From positions 65,090 to 129,089 of the forward strand of contig JAJQAG010000004.1 in NCBI GenBank assembly GCA_021203905.1: a DNA stretch of 64,000 bases, read 5' to 3'. The DNA is from Coprobacillus sp. GTDB lineage: Bacteria > Bacillota_I > Bacilli_A > RFN20 > CAG-826. A program made the translations under genes and the position numbers. The notes below the pieces were generated by a model that did not search any database, was not told where the DNA came from, and saw nothing but the letters and a program-made list of their open reading frames with translations. Below, in pieces: positions 11,558-20,599 of the stretch; within the stretch, counting starts at the first letter, position 1; every line of letters starts with the position of its first letter.

Positions 11558-11995
11558 ATGAAAAAGTCATCTCTATTCTTGATTGTTATTATCTATATTG
11601 TGTCAATTGTCGCCATTACATTCTTTGGTCAGTCCATTGAGATGGATCAATACAAAGTCTATATGTCTGATATTTGGATTAGCAATGAATCAGAAATTGT
11701 CTCTGGCAGCGATAACATTCGTAATATCAACATTACCTTTAATGATGATGAAGGGTGGGGCGGAATCATCCTTCACTATGAGTTCCTTCCTGAAGATGCG
11801 ACCGATAGTGACGCCGTGAAGTGGTCCTTATATGGTAACACTGGTATCTTAGCGGACACTGGTGAAGAGGTCGTTATTGCGGATATCGATGGGAAGGGAG
11901 AAGTGGTCTTCCATCGTCGAGGAATGGTGACCGCTTACGTGACCACAACCGATGGAAGTAACCTCGTCGATTCTGTGAGAATTACTTGCCGTTAG
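11558..11995 (+). CDS. Small membrane-anchored protein with a Big_2-like (bacterial Ig-like) C-terminal domain
   Basis: N-terminal TM/signal anchor. The C-terminus (…VVIADIDGKGEVVFHRRGMVTAYVTTTDGSNLVDSVRITC) resembles Big_2 domains. Confidence 0.5.
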   Translation: MKKSSLFLIVIIYIVSIVAITFFGQSIEMDQYKVYMSDIWISNESEIVSGSDNIRNINITFNDDEGWGGIILHYEFLPEDATDSDAVKWSLYGNTGILADTGEEVVIADIDGKGEVVFHRRGMVTAYVTTTDGSNLVDSVRITCR

Positions 11996-12028
11996 TGGAC
12001 TTTTTACGGAAAAATACTTAAAATATGA

Positions 12029-12056
12029 ATTGTGCCAAAAACGGCACAATTTTTAT
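12029..12056 (+). terminator. Intrinsic terminator after the island ABC operon
   Basis: ATTGTGCC-aaaaac-GGCACAAT followed by TTTTAT. Confidence 0.75.
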
Positions 12057-12113
12057 AAATTCCGTGTTTTTCAAGTCATTTTTATCAACGAAACGGCGAT
12101 ATTTTTAATTTTT

Positions 12114-12142
12114 TTGGTTTTTCAGTGGTTATTGTGTAGAAT
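12114..12142 (+). promoter_or_regulatory. Putative promoter of lipoprotein paralog 1 (TTGGTT-17-TAGAAT)
   Basis: Hexamers with 17-bp spacing. A good RBS AAGAGG lies 11 nt before the ATG at 12188. Confidence 0.35.
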
Positions 12143-12187
12143 ATAGTTAGTGAGAAGGATATAGGGATGAAGAAAGAGGCATAAGAT

Positions 12188-14842
12188 ATGAAAAAGAGAC
12201 TATTTTTAATGTCATGCATTGCGCTACTATCCGTGGGCTGTGTGACGATGACATCTTGTAAAGGAAAAGATGAAAGAAAGAATGAGTCTGTCAGTGTGGA
12301 GTTATATGGGCTTTATGCCTATTACTATCCAACCGATTCTATTGATTGGGATAGTGTCTATCTCGATGTCACTGTTTACGATAAAAAAGAAGAGATTGAT
12401 CATCTCACTCTCACTAGTGGAGAGTTTGATGTTAGTAAGCAAACTAGTGAGGAGAGCGACTTCGCTTTAAATACCTCTGGTCTTTATACAAATTCCATAA
12501 ATCAAAATACGATTCCGGAAGGGACTTATTCCCTTTCTTATTCTCTTGATTACAACGGAAGGGTCTATAGTGATAGTCTTTTCTCTATCACTGTGGCGAG
12601 CAATTTCTCTGGCATCCTTGAAGCGGAAACCTTCCAGCAACCAGATTCCATTATTAAATTCCTTCAGAATCAACAGAGAGTGGATAGTGAAGATAGTGAG
12701 AGTGAAAGCAATTTCATCGACTATGTCGATGAATATGTGGTTGGAGATGATAATCCCTTTATCTATCGTCCCACACTCGATCTTGTTCCCATTGGAGATA
12801 GCAGCGCTCGTCACTCCTATCCTAATGGTTATCCCGCTATTGTGACGGTAACTTACGACGGAAAAGAATTAGATTTAGATAATAACGAATATGTGACCTT
12901 TGATAGCGCAACCTTTGGTTTCCAGTTCACTAGCGAAGCCATTGGAAAGAGTTTTACTCTTTCTGTCTTTCCAAAAGACTTTAATGCGGACTGGTCTGGT
13001 CTTGCTCTTCAAACCCAGTCATTAACTGTCACTGTTCAAGATGGATACAATGTGTTTAAGGCTCTTGATTTAGGTCGTATGGCCCTTTCTAGTGGCGCGG
13101 ACTACTACATTGATGAAACCAATCACACGAGAACAGATAATAAAGGGAATTACTATGTCCCCTTTAGTAACTATATGTCCGAAGAGAATATTCTCTTTGT
13201 TCAAGATGAAACCACCGGACAAGCTCATTTTGAAAAGATTCGTTACGACGAGACTTGGTATAACTTCCTCGAAAGTCGTGGAGAGACTAATCTCAACGCT
13301 GTCAACGGCATCTTCTTACACGATGACATGGTGATTACGAACAATGATCTTCCTAGTGAATTCATCATTGGAGAAGATGAAGCGAAGTTCTTTGGAGTGG
13401 AATACGACGATATGGTGGGTTCCCTTAGAGATGAAGTCACTATCTATGACCACCAAATGGAAGAAGACTTTACTCTTAATGGTAATCTCTTTGATCTCGA
13501 CGCTAGTCATCTAAAGTGGGCGATGACTCGCCACTTAAACGATGATCCACTAGAGGGAGATGAAAGTGAGAGACAATTGATTTATTACACCGAGAATAAT
13601 ACCTCTTATGATGAAGGTCATAATGTCTTACTCTACGCTGATAACCACATTACCAAGAAAGATGATAGTAAATATCTTAAAGAGGACTTCTTAACCACTC
13701 ACGATGGTGAGAATAAGAAAGTCTATACCTTAAAGAACGTGGAACTCTTTGGTAACCAAGAGAGAAACTGGAATTTTGATCAAGCGAATGAAACTGAGGA
13801 TGCCTCTAAGGCCAGTGGATGTATGACTTGTTTTGAAAGCCGCGCTGGTAGCGCGGTGGTAAATAACGTCATCGTGAAGCACTTCCTTACTTCCTTCTAT
13901 TCTAATTACACTCTCAGTGGAGTGAAATGCTTAAATATCAGTGACTCAAAAATCTATGACTGCTATGGATGCGCTCTTTATGCGAGATACTCCGCAGAAA
14001 ATGTCATCTCTAATTCTGTCTTAAGACGTTTTGGAGGACCCGTTGTCGTCATGATGAGTGGAGAGGGAATCTGTGCTCATAGTGGTTATGATTATTCGAA
14101 AGTCGGATTTGAATTTACCAGTGATGTCGATTGTGAGGCCAACCTCTATGGTGGTGAGTCATGGTTTGATATTTACAATATCAAATCATATATCTCCTAT
14201 CTCAACTGGTTTGATGTTCTCTTCACCGGTGGTAGTCTCCTTGGGATGTTCTCCTTCCCTTCTATGGGTAAGACCATGTTTAATCCTGAGAGAAGCGATG
14301 GAGATTACTTTAATCTCATCGGTGGAGGATTTGATTATCGTGTCTATGGTGGATATCCTATCTATACCTCCCTTTCCTATAATGGAGTGGACTACACTTA
14401 CGACAGCCACTACGGACAAGAATTTAGTTATGTTGAGGATGGTGATCCTGATGATCCCGACAACCCCGATTACACCTACACTGATATCGATGGCTTTGAG
14501 CCCGATACCGAGTGCTTCTCTTACCTTGTGAACTCCTTCATTAATGATTCTAGTATGTCGAGTGTGGATCTCAGTGGTTTCCTCACCTTAACCACTCTCC
14601 CTGTCTTTATGACTAACACTGGAGAAGTCTTTGCCCTTGCTAGTGGCACAAAATTACTTGGACTTCCCCTTGATATGTATCTTGTTGATCTTAAGGCTTA
14701 CTACAATCGTGAGGACGAGTCCTCAAATGTTTTAAATTATAAATTTACTTCTCTTAATCCTGAGGATGACACGGTGTTTATGTATCTTAACATTGCGGGC
14801 ATTGTCTTAACCCTTTGTTTCTCCCTCTACGATTGTGACTAG
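12188..14842 (+). CDS. Large surface lipoprotein, paralog 1 of a 3-member tandem family (possibly beta-helix-type repeats)
   Basis: Signal peptide plus lipobox (LLSVGC). 884 aa. About 75-80% identical to paralog 2. Has a C-terminal hydrophobic tail (YLNIAGIVLTLCFSLY). Confidence 0.85.
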   Translation: MKKRLFLMSCIALLSVGCVTMTSCKGKDERKNESVSVELYGLYAYYYPTDSIDWDSVYLDVTVYDKKEEIDHLTLTSGEFDVSKQTSEESDFALNTSGLYTNSINQNTIPEGTYSLSYSLDYNGRVYSDSLFSITVASNFSGILEAETFQQPDSIIKFLQNQQRVDSEDSESESNFIDYVDEYVVGDDNPFIYRPTLDLVPIGDSSARHSYPNGYPAIVTVTYDGKELDLDNNEYVTFDSATFGFQFTSEAIGKSFTLSVFPKDFNADWSGLALQTQSLTVTVQDGYNVFKALDLGRMALSSGADYYIDETNHTRTDNKGNYYVPFSNYMSEENILFVQDETTGQAHFEKIRYDETWYNFLESRGETNLNAVNGIFLHDDMVITNNDLPSEFIIGEDEAKFFGVEYDDMVGSLRDEVTIYDHQMEEDFTLNGNLFDLDASHLKWAMTRHLNDDPLEGDESERQLIYYTENNTSYDEGHNVLLYADNHITKKDDSKYLKEDFLTTHDGENKKVYTLKNVELFGNQERNWNFDQANETEDASKASGCMTCFESRAGSAVVNNVIVKHFLTSFYSNYTLSGVKCLNISDSKIYDCYGCALYARYSAENVISNSVLRRFGGPVVVMMSGEGICAHSGYDYSKVGFEFTSDVDCEANLYGGESWFDIYNIKSYISYLNWFDVLFTGGSLLGMFSFPSMGKTMFNPERSDGDYFNLIGGGFDYRVYGGYPIYTSLSYNGVDYTYDSHYGQEFSYVEDGDPDDPDNPDYTYTDIDGFEPDTECFSYLVNSFINDSSMSSVDLSGFLTLTTLPVFMTNTGEVFALASGTKLLGLPLDMYLVDLKAYYNREDESSNVLNYKFTSLNPEDDTVFMYLNIAGIVLTLCFSLYDCD

Positions 14843-14881
14843 CTCTTACAAAGACAAATCTCTTTTAAACCAATACGAGAA

Positions 14882-14905
14882 AAGGGAAGAGAAATCTCCC
14901 TTTTT
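14882..14905 (+). terminator. Intrinsic terminator after lipoprotein 1
   Basis: AAGGGA-agagaaatc-TCCCTT followed by TTTTT. Confidence 0.55.
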
Positions 14906-14943
14906 CTTATTATTCGGTTTTACTCTTTTTAGGGAAATAGAGG

Positions 14944-14979
14944 ACATTTGTGGCACAAATGTTCGTTTTTTTTTTTTTT
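14944..14979 (+). terminator. Second hairpin plus T14 tract downstream of lipoprotein 1 (terminator with an unusually long U-tract)
   Basis: ACATTTGTG-g-CACAAATGT palindrome followed by tcg and then 14 consecutive T (14966-14979). Confidence 0.55.
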
Positions 14980-15103
14980 AAAATAAAAAACGCTGAATTA
15001 TTTAAAATTAGTTTATCTTTTAGAAAAAGATATTTATAATAAACGCGATTAGACAAAAGGGGACCCCTACGGGGGTGAATGATGGAAGGAAAAAGCGCAA
15101 AAA

Positions 15104-17746
15104 ATGAAAAGAAGAATGTTTATAATGTCGTGTATCGCTCTGATGTCAGTGGGGTGTGTGACGACAACTTCATGTGAAGAAATAGAAAAAAGATTAAATG
15201 AGTCTCTCAGTGTGGAGTTATATGGACTTAATGCCTATTATTCGCCCACTGATTCAATCGATTGGGAGAGTGTCTATCTCGATGTGACAGTCTTCAACAA
15301 GAAAGAAGAAGTCAATCACTTTACTCTTACTGATGGAGAGTTTGATGTGATTGAGCAAACTAGTGAGGAAAGCGGGTTTGCTCTTGATACCTCTGGTCTC
15401 TACACTAATAGTGTTAATGAAAATACAATTCCGGAAGGGACCTATCCCCTTACCTACTATTTTACCTATAATGAACAAGTCTATAGCGGTAGTCCTTTCT
15501 CTATCGTGGTGGCCTATGACTTCACTGCGGCTTATGAAGTAGTGGCCTTCCAGCAACCAGACACTATTATTAAATTCCTTCAGAATCAACAGAGAGTGGA
15601 TCGTGAAGACGATGTGAGTGAAAGCAATTTCATCGACTATGTCGATGAATATGTGGTTGGGGATGATAATCCTTTTATCTATCGTCCCACCCTCGAACTT
15701 ATTCCCACGGGAGAGGAGGACGCTACTCACCTCTATCCCACTAATTATCCAGTGAATGTCACTGTCACTGATGTTAGTGGAGAAGACGAAGAAGAATTAG
15801 ATCTTGATAATAATGAATATGTGACCTTTGATAGTGCGACCTTTGGTTTCCAATTCACTAGTGAAGCCATTGGAAAGAGTTTTACTCTTTCCGTCTATCC
15901 AAGAGGTTTCAGTCAAGATTTGTTTGGTCTTGCTATTCAAGCCCAGACTTTAACGGTCACTGTTCAAGATGGATATAACGTTTATAAACCTCTTGATTTA
16001 GGTCGTATGGCCCTTTCAAGTGGAAAGGATTACTACATTGATGAGGAAAATCATAGCAGAGTCAATAGTAGGGGATATTACTATGTTCCCTTCTCTAACT
16101 ATGTCACCGAATCAAAAGTTCTCTTTGTTCAAGATGAAGACACCGAGCAAGTCCATTTTGAACGAATTCAATATGACGAGACTTGGTATAACTTCCTTGA
16201 AAGTCGTGGAGAGACTGACTTAACCGCGGTTAACGGCATCTTCTTACACGATGACATGGTGATTACTAATAACGATATTCCTAGTGAATTTGTCATTAGT
16301 GAAGAAGAAGCCAAGTTCTTTGGAGTGGATTACGACGATATGGTGGGCTCTCTTAGAGATGAGGTCGCCATCTACGATCATCAGATGGAAGAGGACTTTA
16401 CCCTTAATGGTAATCTCTTCGCTCTTGATGCGAGCAACCTTAAATGGGCGATGACTCGTCATGGCTATGATGGTTCTGATGATGAATCTGGAAGAGAAAT
16501 AGAATATTATGCTGAGAATAATACTTCTTATGACGAAGGTCATAATGTCCTACTCTATGCGGATAATCACTTTACCCAAGAGGATGATGGTGATTACCTT
16601 AAAGAGGACTTCTTAGCCACTCACGATGGTGAGAATAAGAAGGTCTATACCTTAGAGAATGTCGAGCTCTTTGGTAACCAAGAGAGAAAATGGAATTATG
16701 ATCAAGCGGATGAGAATGAGGATGCCTCTAAGGCCAGTGGTTGTATGACCTGTTTTGAAAGCCGTGCTGGGAGCGCGGTGGTAAATAACGTCATCGTGAA
16801 GCACTTCCTTACTTCCTTCTATGCGTTTTACACTATTGCGGGAGTGACCTGCTTAGATATTAGTGACTCGAAGATCTATGACTGCTATGGAACCGCTTTA
16901 TACGCTCGCTTCTCCGCTGATAACATTATCTCTAACTCCGTCTTAAGACGTTTTGGAGGACCAGTGGTCGTCCTTATTAGTGGTGAAGGCGTCAGCGCTC
17001 ATAGTGGTTATGATTACTCTCGAGCGGGATTTGTATTTACCAGTGATGTCGATTGCGAGGCTAACCTCTATGGTGGTGAGTCATGGTTTGATATTTACAA
17101 TATCAAATCATATATCACTTATCTCAACTGGTTTGATGTTCTCTTTAGCGGTGGCAAACTCCTTGATCTTTACGAATTTAATTCCATGGGTAAGACACTC
17201 TTTAATCCTGAAAGAAGTGATGGAGATTACTTTAATCTCATCGCTGGGGGATTCGACCGTAAGATTAATGGTGGATATCAGATCAATACCTCGATTACCT
17301 ATAATGGAGTGGAGTACACCTATAATAACCACTACGGACAAGAATTCTCTCATACTGGTCAGCAATTCTACTTCACTGACATTGAAGGCTTTGAACCAGA
17401 TACGGAGTGCTTCTCCTATCTTGTGAATAAATTTATTGATGATACAAGTCTCTCATGTGTGGATCTCAGTGGCTATCTTACTTTAGAAACTCTCCCTGTC
17501 TTTATGACTAACACTGGAGAGGTCTTTGCCCTTGCTAGTGGCACACAACTCTTTGGCGTCCCACTAAGTATGTATCTTCTTGATCTTAAGGCTTATTACA
17601 ATCGTGGTGAGGAAGATTCTAGTTCAGCTTCAGACTATAAGTTTACCTCTCTTAATCCTGAGGATGACACGGTGTTTATGTATCTTAATATTGGAGGGAT
17701 CATCTTAACCCTTTGCTTCTCTCTCTACGACACTATTAGTGAATAA
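15104..17746 (+). CDS. Large surface lipoprotein, paralog 2
   Basis: Signal peptide plus lipobox (LMSVGC). 880 aa. Long stretches of near-identical DNA shared with paralog 1. Confidence 0.85.
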   Translation: MKRRMFIMSCIALMSVGCVTTTSCEEIEKRLNESLSVELYGLNAYYSPTDSIDWESVYLDVTVFNKKEEVNHFTLTDGEFDVIEQTSEESGFALDTSGLYTNSVNENTIPEGTYPLTYYFTYNEQVYSGSPFSIVVAYDFTAAYEVVAFQQPDTIIKFLQNQQRVDREDDVSESNFIDYVDEYVVGDDNPFIYRPTLELIPTGEEDATHLYPTNYPVNVTVTDVSGEDEEELDLDNNEYVTFDSATFGFQFTSEAIGKSFTLSVYPRGFSQDLFGLAIQAQTLTVTVQDGYNVYKPLDLGRMALSSGKDYYIDEENHSRVNSRGYYYVPFSNYVTESKVLFVQDEDTEQVHFERIQYDETWYNFLESRGETDLTAVNGIFLHDDMVITNNDIPSEFVISEEEAKFFGVDYDDMVGSLRDEVAIYDHQMEEDFTLNGNLFALDASNLKWAMTRHGYDGSDDESGREIEYYAENNTSYDEGHNVLLYADNHFTQEDDGDYLKEDFLATHDGENKKVYTLENVELFGNQERKWNYDQADENEDASKASGCMTCFESRAGSAVVNNVIVKHFLTSFYAFYTIAGVTCLDISDSKIYDCYGTALYARFSADNIISNSVLRRFGGPVVVLISGEGVSAHSGYDYSRAGFVFTSDVDCEANLYGGESWFDIYNIKSYITYLNWFDVLFSGGKLLDLYEFNSMGKTLFNPERSDGDYFNLIAGGFDRKINGGYQINTSITYNGVEYTYNNHYGQEFSHTGQQFYFTDIEGFEPDTECFSYLVNKFIDDTSLSCVDLSGYLTLETLPVFMTNTGEVFALASGTQLFGVPLSMYLLDLKAYYNRGEEDSSSASDYKFTSLNPEDDTVFMYLNIGGIILTLCFSLYDTISE

Positions 17747-17772
17747 CCTAAGAAATTACTAATGAATACAGA

Positions 17773-17795
17773 AAAGGACCTCGTGGTCCTTTTTT
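17773..17795 (+). terminator. Intrinsic terminator after lipoprotein 2
   Basis: AAAGGACC-tcgt-GGTCCTTT followed by TTTTT. Confidence 0.8.
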
Positions 17796-17925
17796 GGTAG
17801 CGAAAGAAGGAAAAAACGTAAAAAAATATTTACAATACTTTTTTTCTTTATTGAAAGAAAGTGTTAGTTATATAATAACTATGATTGAGTATAGGAAATG
17901 GTATTATAACAAGGAAGTAAGTTAT

Positions 17926-20448
17926 ATGAAAAAGAAAGCCCTTTTATTAGCCACCACCGCAGCATTAGCATTATGCTCCTTCTCCCTCTCTTCATGTAAT
18001 AAAAAGAAAAACAAAGATGTGGAAGAAGAGACTGTTAGTGTGGAAGTCTATGGTTTACAACCATATTATCTACCCACGGATAAGATTGATTGGGATAGTA
18101 TCTATCTAGAAGTGGAAGAGACTTATTACCATCATGGAGAATTTGATGTCACCAGTAAGAGTAAGAGTGAAACGGAATTCACTCTTGATACTTCTGGTCT
18201 CTACACATATACCAGCAATCAAAACACGATTCCTGAAGGGAGTTATCCGATTTCGTATTCCCTCGAATATGAAGGGACAAGCTACAGCGCGAAACTATTT
18301 ACCGTTTACGTGACTTCTAATGTCACCTCTCTCCTTCAAGCGGAATCTTTCTCCCAACCAGAATCAATTATTACCTGGGAGAGAAATCAAACGAGAGTGG
18401 ATACTTCCTCTAGTCAAGATGAGAGTAATTTCATTGAAGGCAAGAGTGAGTACACAGTGGGTTGTGATAATCCCTTTATCTATCGCCCAGTTTTAGAGAT
18501 CAGCGCGAATGACACTAAAAACACCACGGATGTCTATGCCTTCCCAAAGAGCTATGCGGCAAATGTGACTGTCACCCTTGATGGGACGGCGCTTGATGTC
18601 TCAAGTAACGAGTATGTCTCCTTTGATGAGACAGACTTTGGTTTCCAGTTCACTGAAGCGGCTATTGGTAAGACCTTTACCCTCACCATCGCTCCAAGAG
18701 ACTTTACTTCCATTTGGGGAATGTATGTCCTTGAAAGTCAAAGTGTCACGGTGACTGTTCAAAAAGGATGGAATGTCAATAACGCCATCGATCTTGGAAG
18801 AATCAATCTTCTTAGTGATGAGTATAAACCATATATTGACTACTACGAGTACGCAAAACCCAAAGTGAACGAAAAGGAAGTCGCCGGAATCTTCTGGGAC
18901 TCCTCTCGTGGCTACTATAATGAATACAACTATAAGATTTGGGAAAACTTCCTTACTAGTAAAGGAAGAGATGATCTTACTTATACCAGTGCGATATATC
19001 TCCACGATGACATCAATGTCACCATTGATGATATTCCCAGTGAGTTTATCGTCTCTCAAGAAGAGATCAACGCTCAACCAAACCCCAGTCTATATAGCAA
19101 TGATGTCCTTAACTCCGTTAAGGATGGAGTGTATATCTATACTCATTATCTCCAAGGTGAAGACTTTACCCTTGATGGGAATCTCTTCTCCATCCGTTGC
19201 TCCTCTCTTAAGTGGTGCATGACTAGGGTTGATAATGAACAAGGTGATTTTAGATACTACGCGACGAATAAAGCGGACCGCTATAAGATGTGTCACGCGG
19301 CTCTCTTCTCCATTAACGATGTCGCGGATAAGAGTGAAAGTGGACTTCCTAGTGCCCTAACAGAAAGATATAGTGCCACCTTTACTAATATTGAAGCTCA
19401 CGGAAACCAAGAGAGAATTAATCCAGAAGAAGCGACAAGCTATGATAGTCAACTCGCTAGTGGTTGCCTCATCTTTCTTAGAAGTGCTTCCAGTAATACG
19501 AAAGTGACTAATGTTTTAGCGAAGAACTTCCTTCAAGGTTATTATTGCTGCTACTCCGATGATAGCTACTGTGCCTTTGAAGTTGATAAATGTAAAATCT
19601 ACGATTGCTATGGATCTCCTTTCTTTGGTTATGGCAGTAGTAAGAATAAGACCACTAATAGTATTATGTCTCGTTTCGGTGGCCCAATCGTCGTCCTTAA
19701 TAGTGTCTATGGCAATAAATTCCAGCATTGTGGTTGGGAGATAGATGAGTGTGATTATGAATCTCTTCTCATCGGGACAGAAGCGTGGTTTGATATCTTA
19801 GGAATCTCCTCTGTTATTCCTTTCTTTACCGATATTGATAATTGCTTTACAGGAAACGGTAATGTCTTTATCCCTGGTTTTACCTCTAAAGGCTATGGTA
19901 AGTCCCTTAAGAATGAAGATGGCTACTTTGATGTTATAGGTGTCGGTAATGATGCCTCAAGCGGAATGATCGGTGGAGAAGTCGTTGATATCTCGATGAC
20001 TTTCGATGGAGATACTTATTCCTATTCGAGTGATGAAGTTCCTAGTGAACCTGACCCCGAAAACTTTGCTTGGGTCGCTAATGCGTATTATTCAGATTAT
20101 GGAACTCTATATGTCGATGGGGGCTTAATGTGCGAGTTAGCGGGTAATCGTCTCCCCATCTTTATGACGAACACCGGAAAGATCTTTGGTATCCTTCTCT
20201 CAAATAGTAGGACCGCTCTCGTCGATATGGTGGACTTCTATACGAAGTACATTGCTATTGATAATGAGTATTCTAATCGAGATAAGACGGACGCTAACGC
20301 TGAAGAAGCCTTCTGGATGGAGCACTATCCTGAGATGGTGGATATCGAATTTGATGAGGATGATACCTCCGTTTTTGGAATTGATATCACCTCAGCGATG
20401 ACCATTTGTCTCGCCCTAAGACTCTTTGATTATCCCTACGCGGAATAA
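17926..20448 (+). CDS. Large surface lipoprotein, paralog 3, a more divergent family member. The ORF-track start at 17794 reads through the promoter region, and the ATG at 17926 has an AAGGAAG RBS.
   Basis: MKKKALLLATTAALALCSFSLSSC signal/lipobox. Conserved family blocks (VSVEVYGL, NQNTIPEG, NPFIYRP, FGFQFTEAAIGKTFTL, VTVTVQ, LDLGR, LHDD, FTLDGNLF, KIYDCYG, RFGGP.VV). Confidence 0.8.
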   Translation: MKKKALLLATTAALALCSFSLSSCNKKKNKDVEEETVSVEVYGLQPYYLPTDKIDWDSIYLEVEETYYHHGEFDVTSKSKSETEFTLDTSGLYTYTSNQNTIPEGSYPISYSLEYEGTSYSAKLFTVYVTSNVTSLLQAESFSQPESIITWERNQTRVDTSSSQDESNFIEGKSEYTVGCDNPFIYRPVLEISANDTKNTTDVYAFPKSYAANVTVTLDGTALDVSSNEYVSFDETDFGFQFTEAAIGKTFTLTIAPRDFTSIWGMYVLESQSVTVTVQKGWNVNNAIDLGRINLLSDEYKPYIDYYEYAKPKVNEKEVAGIFWDSSRGYYNEYNYKIWENFLTSKGRDDLTYTSAIYLHDDINVTIDDIPSEFIVSQEEINAQPNPSLYSNDVLNSVKDGVYIYTHYLQGEDFTLDGNLFSIRCSSLKWCMTRVDNEQGDFRYYATNKADRYKMCHAALFSINDVADKSESGLPSALTERYSATFTNIEAHGNQERINPEEATSYDSQLASGCLIFLRSASSNTKVTNVLAKNFLQGYYCCYSDDSYCAFEVDKCKIYDCYGSPFFGYGSSKNKTTNSIMSRFGGPIVVLNSVYGNKFQHCGWEIDECDYESLLIGTEAWFDILGISSVIPFFTDIDNCFTGNGNVFIPGFTSKGYGKSLKNEDGYFDVIGVGNDASSGMIGGEVVDISMTFDGDTYSYSSDEVPSEPDPENFAWVANAYYSDYGTLYVDGGLMCELAGNRLPIFMTNTGKIFGILLSNSRTALVDMVDFYTKYIAIDNEYSNRDKTDANAEEAFWMEHYPEMVDIEFDEDDTSVFGIDITSAMTICLALRLFDYPYAE

Positions 20449-20477
20449 TCGCCAAGATCTCTACTCAGATATAAAAT

Positions 20478-20501
20478 GACTAGACGATGTCTAGTCTTTT
20501 T
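20478..20501 (+). terminator. Intrinsic terminator after lipoprotein 3
   Basis: GACTAGAC-gat-GTCTAGTC followed by TTTTT. Confidence 0.8.
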
Positions 20502-20599
20502 ATTTATCCAGTTATTTGTCACTGTCTAAATATTTTTCTTTTTATTTTCTCCCAGTTTTCTCTCTTTCTCCCCTAATAGATATATAACGAGAGGAAAAA

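Noticed and set aside
12467-12814. Antisense ORFs of 115-158 aa inside each lipoprotein gene (12467-12814, 15254-15730, 18601-19077), conserved across the paralogs
   Set aside because: Their conservation follows automatically from the nucleotide similarity of the sense-strand paralogs. They have no RBS or promoter and are low-complexity, so they are treated as ORF-caller artefacts.
17695-17710. 'GG' in the paralog-2 C-terminal tail (NIGG|IILT) as a possible C39 double-glycine cleavage site
   Set aside because: Paralog 1 has NIAG at the same position and paralog 3 has nothing comparable. C39 substrates carry N-terminal leaders with the LSxxELxxIxGG consensus, which is absent here. This is a coincidence.
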